Assembly (NCBI GenBank): GCA_040954595.2 | Contig: CM082577.2 | Coordinates: 18,574,303 to 18,638,302, forward strand | Length of the DNA: 64,000 nt | Source of the DNA: Balanoglossus misakiensis | Taxonomy: Eukaryota > Animalia > Hemichordata | Reading direction: 5' to 3' | In this document: piece after piece, positions 33,641 to 46,900 of the stretch | How the letters are laid out: each line of letters begins with the position of its first letter | Position numbering within the stretch: the first letter of the stretch is position 1 | Position numbers and translations under genes: made by a program | Notes under the pieces: generated by a model | Told to the model about the DNA's origin: nothing | Seen by the model: only the letters and a program-made list of their open reading frames with translations | Database searches by the model: none

Positions 33641-34768
33641 TATATGATGACCATATATGGGCAAAGTTTTCAAATGGGCCTAATTTGCATATGAATGGAG
33701 ATATCAAAATTCTTTTAGCGATTTTTGCAGACCATGTGGTCAGTGTCCTACATGCCAAATGTCAAGGCCGTAGGCCAAGTCTATTTTGAGAAGAAGATTT
33801 TTTTATTTTTCATATTTTTGAACCCAGCCATGGGCCTATACTTTCTATAGTTAAGCTATGACGCTATGTCCACGTCGGCTGTGCAATGGTCCTGTACAGT
33901 GACTCTCTATTGGCCCGTGAGCAGAATGGGACCACAATAAAAGGCAAAATTTTGGGCTCACCTGTAACACCTGCTTAACTCATTAATTATGTGCATACCT
34001 AATTTCAGGCTAACTAATAAGGCTAGAGGTTTTGTTCTTGTGGGACATGGATCAGTATGGCATCAACAATTTTTGCCCAAATTTTGGGTGACCTCAGGTG
34101 ACCTTTGACCTACTTTCCTATATCTCGGCATCCACAGCAGGTACTGACTTGGCGTTTGGAGGGTTGTGACTAAAATTGAAAAGACAAAATTAGGGGTCAC
34201 CTGTGACACCTGCTTATCTCATTAATTATGTGCAAACCTAATTCCAGGCTAGCCAATAGGGCTAGAGGTTTGGTTTTTGTTGAACATGGACCAGTATGGG
34301 GTTAAAATTTCTTGCCCAATTTTGGGTGACCTCAGGTGACCTTTGACCTACTTTACCATATCTCGACAACCAGCGCAGATACAGCCTTGGCATTTGGAGG
34401 CATGGAACTCCTAATGAAGCCTTATACTTTACTCCATTAATTATGTGCATATCTAATTCTAGGCGAACCAATAGGGTTAGAGGCCTGATTTTTGTTGGAC
34501 CTGGACTGGTATGGGGTCAAAATTTTTTGCTAAACTTTCAGATGGCCTCAGGTGACCTTTGACCTACTTTCCTATATCTCGGCATCCAGAACAGGTACAG
34601 CATTTGTGTTTGGATGGATCGAACTATTGATAGAGTCTTACACTTTACATCATTAATTATGCGATATCTAATTTCAGACAAACGCATAGGGTTAGAGTTC
34701 TGGTTTCTGTTGGACCTGGACTAGTATGGGGGTCAAAACTTTTTGCCCAATTTTTGGGTGACCACATA

Positions 34769-37335
34769 CACTGGGCAAAAAGGTTGATATATATTCAGTA
34801 TTTTCACGTATATGGACACGTAGATCAGGAATATGCGCAAGTATACAATAGTCTGCACAGTTGTACATCTACAATCTGCACCACGTATATATGACGTATA
34901 TTCACGTATATGGAACATACCAATGTGTTAGTATACGTGCACGTATATCTATGAAGATCACGGGTGTGCACAACGCAGACCAATGCAGATCAAGTGCACA
35001 CTATAAACATTCCAACGTATTTGTACACATTCTCAGTGCATATCTTCCTTGCTATTTGCATGACAGTGTTATTAGCATACGTTACATCATCATCACAGAC
35101 ATTTACATTTGCATAGTTGAGTTCATGTTCCTGGTATTTTTACGTATATTTAACGCAGACCCTTCCGGAAATTACCATACATTATGTCATCATTGTTGGC
35201 AAATATTTGCAAAATAATTTTGGGGGTCATATTTAAATTACCCCAAAGGTCACAATTCTGGGGTCATCCTTCATGGTCAGGATTTGACCTTTCCTTCTTA
35301 TTCACCTTTGCTAAATTTGTTACTATTAATCTGCTTTGAGATGCAACTGCATTTCAAAGCAGATCAATAGCAACAAATCGGTAAAAGCATATTTCAAGCC
35401 GATACACTTCCTCCCATCATGCATCAACAAAAAACTGCTCACATAATAAAATTCACTTAAAAGGTAATTTTATTTAAAACATATAAAATGATTAAAGACA
35501 TTACATGGACAAAGAACAAAGTGTTTTGTTTTTAAATGCAAACCTAAAATCTGAAAAATAATCCTCAAAGTCTAGCTTCATTCAGTAACTCCAAAATACC
35601 ATGAAAAATTTGCTTCATCTGACATCATCAGATCGCCTGCTTGCACCATGTTATCCTATTAAGATTTGTCTTCAAAATCCACCATCTTGCCATGACTCTG
35701 TAGAAGCTGTCAAAAAGAAAAGAAAAAGAGTATTTAGTTTGTTCATCTTAAGCACTTATCTTTGACTGCAGTGCCTATGAGCTACAACTTTTGGGAAGTC
35801 TGAACCACTGGCAGTTTATATAGAGTGGGCTGTAAACACCTTCACCTGGAACACAGCGACAAGTCAGTCCGTTCTGTTTTTACCTTTGTCGCCAACATGA
35901 CAGTGCACTGTTTAAGTTTATAATAAACGTCCCCCATTGTTTTTAGTTTATGGGTGAAAATGTCTCATTTGCATTCAACAAATCGGGCCATGGGAAATGT
36001 CTTCACACCTTCCAAATGTATACTTTGTTATCTGTCATGTTGACAAGGTACAAAAAGCATACAGATTCAGTGTGCTGTTATCGCAACCGAGGTCAAATAG
36101 TTATGACTGAATAGTTGCTAACTATCACGCGTAAGAGCATGGTTAGAGCTACCAAGTATCAAAGCTCAGTAGCTGCTAAAATATCTGAACGTCAGCTATT
36201 CTGGCAATCCAGCAATCCCGCGCTTATATGCATCTTTTGTTTGTTGTCAACCATGAAACACCAAGCTGTAGCGCACACATGGAAATCAACCCAGTTTGTT
36301 TATCTTTTGTTCTAGCTAATCCTAAAGGCCTTTGATCTTGGCCGATGTTCCGCGTCTTTTTTCTCTACGGGTTATGCTCAATGTTATAAATCATACTACA
36401 CCAAATTGAATGAAAAGTCTAAGAATAAAAGAGATATACTTACTCGTTGGTTGTACCAGATGAATCTTCTATGGTTACATAAAGCTGAGTGCTTTACCTG
36501 CCGCTGCAAAGTAAAACAAGGGACATTTGAGATAACAATACAAATGCTTGGTGGAAATGTCAAATTGTCAATCAAAACCTGTTTCTAGTTCTACATAGAC
36601 ATGCTTGATGCACTAATGCAAAGGGCAGAAATAAAAAGGACTCGGACTAACAACGAGTAGAAATAGTGTCAAAACGCAGACACATGGGTGGGGTGGATAT
36701 GGACAAGACCAAAACACGATGTATGTTTAAACTTACAAAAATCATACGATCCGGTCTTCCTTTGTTGGTGCATAGATTATCACCGCCGCATGTCGATTTT
36801 CCCTCAAAGACTTCTGTTCTGCGTCCAGACTATCAAGTTTCTGTGACAACTCTTCTTTCACTTTGTCTGGTGTTGAAACAAACTTATGCACACGGTTGAC
36901 GGCGTACAGTGACTGCCAGCGGTGCTGGTGTTTCTATGTACCGGAGGTGGACGTCGTAAAACGTCGTAAAACAACCAGCGTTTTGCGACATAAAGTGGCT
37001 GCAGAAGTGCGACCCAGATCTTTCATCAAACTTTTGAAAGCGTTTGCTTTTAAAAACGGGTGGTCCAAATAATCCTAATAATTAGCATGAATATACGTAC
37101 ATATACATGGATGTATACTGTAGGCACACTATTCGGTAGAAAATAACTACAAATACGTAGATCTGCGGAACGTATATGTAAGAGAACGTGTACATGATGT
37201 ATACTTCACGTATTTGTACACATATCTAGCAGCTTGCATTTGTTACGTAAATGCACGTATATGAAACGTATATGTCAAATGTACAAACTTAGTAGTTTTA
37301 CGTATATTGTCGTATATCAATCATTTTGCCCAGTG
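34769..37335. mobile_element. Non-autonomous CACTA/EnSpm-like element (2567 bp)
   Basis: TIRs CACTGGGCAAAA..TTGATATA and TATATCAA..TTTTGCCCAGTG; 3 bp TSD ATA (34766-34768, 37336-37338), confirmed by the empty site CCACATATGACC in sister HINEs; subterminal ACGTATAT repeats. Confidence 0.9.
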
Positions 37336-38853
37336 ATATGACCTTTGACCTTCGGCTTAAGCTTGTGCCCGTCATCGCTGCTTGCAGCTATATATTTTTT
37401 TTTTTCTTGTGTAGTTTTTTTGCTCAGGTAGATCTTGAAAACGGCTGAACCTACAAATCTCAAACTTGGTACAGTGGTGCAGGCCATTTGGGAGCTTGTG
37501 CAGTACCTTTGAGAATGTTTAATAAGTCATGTGACCTGATGACCATATATGGGCAAAGTTTTCAAATGGGCCTAATTTGCATATTAATGGAGATATCTAA
37601 ATTCTTTTAGCGATTTTCGCGGACCATGTGGTCAGTGTCCTACATGCCAAATTTCAAGGCCCTGGGCCAAGTCAATTTTGAGAAGATTTTTAAATATTAT
37701 ATTTCATATTTTTTGTACCCAGCCTATACTGTCTTTAGTTAAGGTGTGATGCTATTCCCACATCTGTGCAATGGTCCTGTACAGTGACAGTCTATTGGCA
37801 GTGAGCAGAATGGGACCAAAATAAAAGGCAGAATTTTGGGCTCACCTGTAACACCTGCTTAACTCATTAATTATGTGCATACCTAATTCTGGGCTAACTA
37901 ATAGGGCTAGAGGTTTCGTGCTTGTGGGACATGGACCATTATAGGGTCAAAATTTCTTGCCCAAATTTTGCATGACCTCAGGTGACCTTTGACCTACTTT
38001 CCTATATCTCGTCATCCAGAGCAGGTACAGACTTTGAGTTTGGAGGGTTGGGACTATAATTGAAAAGCCAAAATTTGGGGTCACCTGTGATACCTGCTTA
38101 TCTCATTAATTATGCGCATACCTAATTCCAGGCTAACCAATAGAGCTACAGGTTTGATTTTTGTTGAACATGGACCAGTATGGGATTAAAATTTCTTGCC
38201 CAATTTTGGGTGACCTCAGGTGACCTTTGACCTACTTTCCTATATCTCGGCATCCAGAACAGGTACAGCATTTGTGTTTGGATGGATCGAACTTTTTGCC
38301 CAAATTTTGGGTGACCACATATGACCTTTGACCTTCAGCTTAAGCTTGTGCCCGTCATCGCTGCTTGCAGCTATATTTTGTGCCCTATTGGTATTACTGG
38401 GGTTTTTCATCCTTTTTTTTTTCTTGTGTAGTTTTTTTGCCCAACAGGATCTTGAAAATGGCTGAACCTACATATCTCAAACTTGGCACAATGGTGCAGG
38501 CCTATGAGAGCTGGTGCAGTACCCCTGTGAATGTTTAAATAGTCATGTGACCTGATGACCATATATGGGCAAAGTTTTCAAATGGACCTAATTTGCATAT
38601 GAGTAGAGATATCAAAATTCTTTTAGCAACTTTTGTGAACCATGTGATCAGTGTCCTACATGCCAAATATCAAGGCCGTGGGCCAAGTCTATTTTGAGAA
38701 GAAGACGTTTTTATTTTTCATATTTTTGGACCCAGCCATGGGCCTATACTTTCTATAGTTAAGCTATGAGGCTATGTCCACGTCTGTTTAATGGTCCTGT
38801 TCAGTGACTCTCTATTGGCCCGTGAGCAGAACAGGACCACAATAAAAGGCAAA

Positions 38854-39405
38854 TTATATTATATCATGCTACCGTCCGCGATTCTGATTGGACGAGAGCT
38901 ATGGTAAAATACTGTTTTACCACTGCTGGCAGTGGTAAAACGGGCCCCTGAACTAGCATGCAGCAGGGAAAATGTGCGGTTATACCACAGTCGCGCGGGA
39001 TTAAACCAAATGAATAACATAAAAACACTTGAATTTACGGATGTTTTATTTTGGAACTGCTCTGCTCTGAATATTTTGCACTTTTGTCACTTTTTGGCGT
39101 CTGCTTTATGTTTAATGCTCGATCCCGGGCCGCACGTGTTTACATTCACCGTCGCCATGTTGGTTCACGATCGTAATTTCTTTTTCTGACGCCGTTTCGG
39201 TAAGAAAATGACACTGATTTGCCACAAAAACAACTGTTGATATAATATAATAGCAATAACCCCCGCCTCAGTCGGGTATACACTCGATTTTGGTACAATT
39301 AGCTGCATATAGCACTCGCCTAACGGCTCGTGCTATATGTCTCGAATTGTACCAAAATCTCGTGTATACCCGCCTGCGGCGCCTGCGGCGGGGGTTATTG
39401 CTTAA
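38854..39405. mobile_element. Non-autonomous Crypton-like element with a long terminal hairpin
   Basis: Interrupts the HINE motif AAAAGGCAAAATTTTGGGCTCACC; ~150 bp imperfect palindrome 39252-39402 centred on GCACTCGCC-TAAC-GGCTCGTGC; ends GCTTAA. Crypton assignment is from recalled family structure. Confidence 0.65.
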
Positions 39406-40570
39406 ATATTGGGCTCACCTGTAACACCTGCTTAACTCATTAATTATGTGCATACCTAATTCCAGGCTAACTAATACGGCTAGAGGTTTTGTTCTTGTGG
39501 GACATGGACCAGTATGGGATCAAAAATTTTTGCCCAAATTTTGGGTGACCTCAGGTGACCTTTGACCTACTCTCCTATATCTCGGCATCCACAGCAGGTA
39601 CAGACTTGGCGTTTGGAGGGTTGTGACTAAAATTGAAAAGACAAAATTGGGGGTCACCTGTGACACCTGCTTATCTCATTAATTATGTGCATACCTAATT
39701 CCAGGCTAACCAATAGGGCTAGAGGTTTGATTTTCGTTGAACATGGACCAGTATGGCATAAAATTTCTTGCCAAAATTTTGGGTGACCTCAGGTAACTTT
39801 TGACCTACTTTACCATATCTCGGCAACCAGAGCAGATACAGCCTTGGCATTTGGAGGGATGGAACGCCTAATGGAGCCTTACACTTTACCTCATTAATTA
39901 TGTGCATACCTAATTCCAGGCTAGCCAATAGAGCTACAGGTTTGATTTTTGTTGAACATGGACCAGTATGGGGTTAAAAAAAATTTGCCCAATTTTGGGT
40001 GACCTCAGGTGACCTTTGACCTACTTTCCTATATCTCGGCATCCAGAACAGGTACAGCATTTGTGTTTGGATGGATCGAACTTTTTGCCCAAATTTTGGG
40101 TGACCACATATGACCTTTGACCTTCAGCTTAAGCTTGTGCCCGTCATCGCTGCTTGCAGCTATATTTTAGGGCACAAGCCAAGCAGGCTTGTGCCCTATT
40201 GGTATTACTGGGGTTTTTCATCCTTTTTTTTTTCTTGTGTAGTTTTTTTGCCCAACAGGATCTTGAAAATGGCTGAACCTACATATCTCAAACTTGGCAC
40301 AATGGTGCAGGCCTATGAGAGCTGGTGCAGTACCCCTGTGAATGTTTAAATAGTCATGTGACCTGATGACCATATATGGGCAAAGTTTTCAAATGGGTCT
40401 AATTTGCATATGAATAGAGATATCAAAATTCTTTTAGCAACTTTTGTGGACCATGTGATCAGTGTCCTACATGCCAAATATCAAGGCTGTGGGCCAAGTC
40501 TATTTTGAGAAGAAGACGTTTTTATTTTTCATATTTTTGGACCCAGCCATGGGCCTATACTTTCTATAGT

Positions 40571-40980
40571 TGGGGGCACAAGCGCCCTCAGGCGGCTTGT
40601 GCCCCCATTGGTATTGTTGGAATTTTTCTTTATTAGGGGCACAAGCCTATCGGGCTTGTGCCCATATTGGTATTGTTGGAATTTTTCTTTATTATTATTG
40701 GGGGCACAAGCGCCCTCAGGCGGCTTGTGCCCCCATTGTTATTGTTGGAATATTTAGGTGGCTTGCGCTTGGGCCCTATTGGTTTCGTTGGGGTTTTTCA
40801 GTCTTTCTTTCTTTCTTTCCTTCTTAGGGCACAAGCCCAGCAGGCTTGTGCCCTATTGTTTTTACTGGAGTTTTTAGGGCCCAAGCGCATACCAGCGCTT
40901 GGGCCCTATTGGTTTCGTTGGGGTTTTTTAGGGCCCAAGCGCATACCAGCGCTTGGGCCCTATTGGTTTCGTTGGGGTTT
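40571..40980 (+). repeat. Stack of seven HINE hairpin heads from several subfamilies
   Basis: Heads at ~40571, 40634, 40699, 40755 (partial), 40824, 40874 and 40928, each followed by ATTG-..-T-rich sequence. Confidence 0.88.
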
Positions 40981-43900
40981 TTCTTTCTTCTTTCTTTCTT
41001 TATTCTTGTGTCAATTCTTTGTCGCTCTAGATCTCAGACACCGCTGCAGGTACACTTCTGAAACTTGCTACAGTGGTCAAGGTCAATGAGTAGTCGTGCA
41101 TTGAACCTGTGAATTTTTAATTAGTCACGTGACCTGGCGGCCATATTGGATTTTCTGAAAAAATGCAAATCTCAGATCTCAGAAACTACAAGTCAGATCG
41201 ACTTCAAATTTGGTGTGCAGGTAGTCTACCTTCTACCCATCATTTTTGTAATTGGATATTTTGCTGTAAATGTTGCAGTTTTTTTGCTACAATTTTTTTT
41301 CTGAAATCTGGCTTAAATTTCAAAAATCTTCTTCTCCAGAACCGGTGATAACTGAGTCACGCGGTTTGGGGTATGTGGTCACCTAACTGATGTCTATCAA
41401 GTTTGCGAAGATCATTGTGATTGGTCGAAGATTATGGCGGCCATATTGGATTTTCGAAAAACCATAGTAAAATTTCAAAAATCTTCTTCTCAAGAACGGG
41501 CGATAACCGAGTCACAAGATTTGGTGTGTGTGGTCATTAAACAGGTGTCTATCAAGTTTGCGAAGGGGAATGTGATTGGTCGAAGATTATGGCGGCCATA
41601 TTGGATTTTGTGAAAAACGATTAAAAAGTAAAAATTCCTTTTCTAGCCTAAAAATTGATAGCACAGAAATTCTTTTTATGGATATGAATCATCATATGAC
41701 AAGAATAAGCTATAAATATTTTGGTAATTTTGGCAATGACCTTTGACCTACTTTTGACGCATCATTTTTCTGCATATCTAATTCCAGGCTTACCAATAGG
41801 GCTATAAGTTTGGTTTTTGATGTATGTGGATTTGTATGTGATCAAAAAATGTTGCTACTTTTCATGACCCCTTTGACCTCTGGTGACCTCATTAAATATG
41901 CGCATACCTAATTAATGATGAACCAATACACCTAGAGGTTTTGTTTTTGTTATACATGGACCAGTATGGGGTCAAAATATTTTGCCCAAATGTTGGGTGA
42001 CCTCGGGTGACCTTTGACCTACTTTTGCATATCTCGACATCCACAGCAGATACATCCTTGGCGTTTGGAGGTATGGGGCCATAATGAAAAGCCACAGTTT
42101 TGGGTCACCTTTGACACCTGCTTAACTCATTATTTATGTGCATACCTAATTCCGGGCTAACCAAAAGGGCTAGAGGTCTGGTTTTTGTTGGACATGGACC
42201 ACTATGGGTCACAATTTTCTGCCCAAATTGTGGGTGACCTCTGGGTGACCTTTGACCTACTTAACACTATATCAACACCAAGCATAGATATAACCTTGAT
42301 ATTTCATGGGATAAAACACAGCATTATGTTTCTACTCATTAATTATGTGCATATCTAATAATCTGATCAGATAATAGAGCTTGGGCCCGGACAATGCTGC
42401 TTGCAGCTTTAATTAGGGCCCAAGCGCATACCAGCGCTTGGGCCCTATTGGTTTCGTTGGGGTTTTTCTGTCTTTCCTTCTTTCTTCTTTCTTCTTCTTT
42501 CTTTATTCTTGTGTCAATTCTTTGTCGCTCTAGATCTCAGACACCACTGCAGGTACACTTCTCAAACTTGCTACAGTGGTCAAAGTCAATGAGTAGTCGT
42601 GCATTGAACCTGTGAATTTTTAATTAGTCACGTGACCTGGCGGCCATATTGGATTTTCTGAAAAAAATCAAATCTCAGATCTCAGAAACTACAAGTCAGA
42701 ACGACTTCAAATTTGGTGTGCAGGTAGTCTACCTTCTACCCATCATTTTTGTAATTGGATATTTTGCTGTAAATGTTGCAGTTTTTTTGCTACAATTTTT
42801 TTTCTGAAATCTGGCTTAAATTTCAAAAATCTTCTTCTCCAGAACCGGTGATAACTGAGTCACGCGGTTTGGGGTATGTGGTCACCTAACTGATGTCTAT
42901 CAAGTTTGCGAAGATCATTGTGATTGGTCGAAGATTATGGCGGCCATATTGGATTTTCGAAAAACCATAGTAAAACTTCAAAAATCTTCTTCTCAAGAAC
43001 GGGCGATAACCGAGTCACAAGATTTGGTGTGTGTGGTCATTAAACAGGTGTCTATCAAGTTTGCGAAGGGGAATGTGATTGGTCGAAGATTATGGCGGCC
43101 ATATTGGATTTTGTGAAAAACGATTAAAAAGTAAAAATTCCTTTTCTAGCCTAAAAATTGATAGCACAGAAATTCTTGTTATGGATATGAATCATCATAT
43201 GACAAGAATAAGCTATAAATATTTTGGTAATTTTGGCAATGACCTTTGACCTACTTTTGACGCATCATTTTTCTGCATATCTAATTCCAGGCTTACCAAT
43301 AGGGCTATAAGTTTGGTTTTTGATGTATGTGGATTTGTATGTGATCAAAAAATGTTGCTACTTTTCATGACCCCTTTGACCTCTGGTGACCTCATTAAAT
43401 ATGCGCATACCTAATTAATGATGAACCAATAGACCTAGAGGTTTTGTTTTTGTTATACATGGACCAGTATGGGGTCAAAATATTTTGCCCAAATGTTGGG
43501 TGACCTCGGGTGACCTTTGACCTACTTTTGCATATCTCGACATCCACAGCAGATACAGCCTTGGCGTTTGGAGGTATGGGGCCATAATGAAAAGCCAAAG
43601 TTTTGGGTCATCTGTGACACCTGCTTAACTCATTATTTATGTGCATACCTAATTCCAGGCTAACCAAAAGGGCTAGAGGTCTGGTTTTTGTTGGACATGG
43701 ACCACTATTGGTCAAAATTTTCTGCCCAAATTTTGGGTGACCTCAGATGACCTTTGACCTACTTTTGCATATCTCGGCATCCAAAGCAGGTACAGCCTTG
43801 GCATTTGGAGATATGGGGCCATAATGAAAAGCCAAAGTTTTGGGTCACCAGTGACACCTGCTTAACTCATCATTTATGTGCATACCTAATTCCGGGCTAA

Positions 43901-46900
43901 CCAAAAGGGCTAGAGGTCTGTTTTTGTTGGACATGGACCACTATGGGTAAAATTTTCTGCCCAAATTGTGGGTGACCTCTGGGAGACCTTTGACCTACGT
44001 AACACTATATCAGCACCAAACATACATATAACCTTGATATTTCATGGGATAAAACACAGCATTATGTTTCTACTCATTAATTATGTGCATATCTAATAAT
44101 CAGATCAGATAATAGAGCTTGGGCCCGGACAATGCTGCTTGCAGCTTTAATTCTTTCTTTCTTTCTTTCTTTATTCTTGTGTCATTTCTTTGTCGCTCTA
44201 GATCTCAGACACCGCTGCAGGTACACTTCTCAAACTTGCTACAGTGGTCAAGGTCAATGGGTAGTCGTGCATTGAACTCTTGAATTTTTAATTAGTCACG
44301 TGACATGGCGGCCATATTGGATTTTCTGAAAAAATGCAAATCTCAGATCTCAGAAACTACAAGTCAGATCGACTTCAAATTTGGTGTGCAGGTAGTCTAC
44401 CTTCTACCCATCATTTTTGTAATTGGATATTTTGCTGTAAATGTTGCAGTTTTTTTGCTACAATTTTTTTTCTGAAATCTGGCTTAAATTTCAAAAATCT
44501 TCTTCTCCAGAACCGGTGATAACCGAGTGACGCGGTTTGGGGTATGTGGTCACCTAACTGATGTCTATCAAGTTTGATAAGAAGCATTGTGATTGAACGA
44601 AGATTATGGCGGCCATATTGGATTTTCGAAAAACCATAGTAAAACTGCAAAAATCTTCTTCTCCAGAACGGGCGATAACTGAGTCGCAAGATTCGGGGAG
44701 TATGGTCACAACACTGATGTCTATCAAGTTTGCAAAGAGCATTGTGATTGGTTGAAGATTATGGCGGCCATATTGGATTTTGTAAAAAGCAGTGAAAAAT
44801 TGAAATTCCTTTTCCTTGTCTAAAAATTGATAGCATAGAGGTTTGGTTTTTGTTGGACATGGACCAGTATGGGATCAAAATTTTTTGCCCAAATGTTGGG
44901 TAACCTCTGGTGACCTTTGACCTACTTTCGCATATCTCAGCATCTAGAGCAGATACAGCCATGGCATTTTGTAGGATGGGACCAGAATGTAAAGCCACAT
45001 TTTTGGGTCACCTGTGACACCTGCTGACCTCATTAAATATGCACATACCTGATTACATCCGAACCAAAAGAGCTAGAGTTTTGGTTTTTGTTGGACATGG
45101 ACCAGTATGAGTAAAAAAAAATTGCCCAAATGTTGGGTGACCTTAGGTGACCTTTGACCTACTTCACCCTATTTCAGCAGCAAAAATACACACATCCTTG
45201 TTATGTCATGAGATAATACATCCGATAGAAAATTCTGTTTCTTCTCATTCATACTGTGCATATATAATTCAAGATCAGCGCTTGGGCCCGACAATGCTGC
45301 TCGCAGCTTTAATTCTTTCTTTCTTTCTTTCTTTCTTTCTTTATTCTTGGTTCACTTCTTTGTCGCTCTAGATCTCAGACACCACTGCAGGTACAGTTTT
45401 CAAACTTGCTACAGTGGTCAAGGTCAATGAGTAGTCGTGCATTGAACCCTTGAATTTTTAATTAGTCACGTGACCTGGCGGCCATATTGGATTTTCTGAA
45501 AAAATGCAAATCTCAGATCTCAGAAACTACAAGTCAGATCGACTTCAAATTTGGTGTGCAGGTAGTCTACCTTCTACCCATCATTTTTGTAATTGGATAT
45601 TTTGCTGTAAATGTTCCAGTTTTTTTGCTACAATTTTTTTTCTGAAATCTGGCTTAAATTTCAAAAATCTTCTTCTCCAGAACCGGTGATAACCGAGTGA
45701 CGCGGTTTGGGGTATGTGGTTACCTAACTGATGTCTATCAAGTTTGCAAAGAGCATTGTGATTGGTCGAAGATTATGGCGGCCATATTGGATTTCGTAAA
45801 AAGCAGTGAAAAATTGAAATTCGTTTTCCTAGTCTAAAAATTGATAGCATACAAATTCTTTTCATGGATATCAATCGTCATATGACTAAAATATGTTACA
45901 AATTTTTGGCGATTTTTCACATGACCTTTGACCTACTTATCACGCATTATTATTTCTGCATATCTAATTCAAGGCTAACCTATAGGGCTAGACGTTTGGT
46001 TTTTGATGCATGTGGATTAGTGTGTGATCAAAATATTTTGCTACTTTTCATGACCCCTTTGACCTCTGCTGACCTCATTAATTATGTGCATAGCTAATTA
46101 CAGGCGAACCAATAGAGCTAGAGGTTTGGTTTTTGTTGGACATGGACATGTATGGGATCAAAATTTTTTGCCCAAATTTTGGAAGACCTCTGGTGACCTT
46201 TGACCTACTTTCGCATATCTCAGCATCCAGAGCAGATACATCCCTGGCATTTGGCAGGATGGGACCAAAATGTAAAGCCACATTTTTGGGTCACCTGTGA
46301 CACCTGCTGACCTCATTAAATATGCACATACCTAATTACATGCGAACCAATAGAGCTAGAGTTTTGGTTTTTGTTGGACATGGACCAGTATGGGTCAAAA
46401 AAATTTGCCCAAATGTTGGGTGACCTCAAGTGACCTTTGACATACTTCACCCTATTTCAGCAGCAAAAATACACACGTCCTTGTTATGTCATGAGATAAT
46501 ACACCCGATAGAAAATTCTGTTTCTTCTCATTCATACTGTGCATATATAATTCGAGATCAGCGCTTGGGCCCGACAATGCTGCTCGCAGCTTTAATTAGG
46601 GCCCAAGCGCGCACAAGCGCTTGGGCCCTATTGGTTTCGTTGGAATTTTTAGGGCCCAAGCGCATACCAGCGCTTGGGCCCTATTGGTTTCGTTGGGGTT
46701 TTTCTGTCTTTCCTTCTTTCTTTATTCTTCTGTCATTTCTTTGTCGCTCTAGATCTCAGACACCGCTGCAGGTACACTTCTCAAACTTGCTACAGTGGTC
46801 AAGGTCAATGAGTAGTCGTGCATTGAACTCTTGAATTTTTAATTAGTCACGTGACATGGCGGCCATATTGGATTTTCTGAAAAAATGCAAATCTCAGATC

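Larger units (their letters stand above)
26505..40570 (+). mobile_element. HINE family B array (subTIR mostly GGGCACAAGC / GCTTGTGCCC)
   Basis: Heads at ~26505, 26545, 38378 (half) and 40167; tails ..GCTGCTTGCAGCTATA at ~28410, 32030, 37390, 38372 and 40162; ~240 bp internal subrepeats. Confidence 0.88.

Noticed and set aside
40571-40980. CRISPR-like run of palindromic repeats (also 56917-57110)
   Set aside because: The units are HINE heads found singly elsewhere; the intervening sequences are homologous T-rich trailers rather than unique spacers; no cas genes; eukaryotic context.
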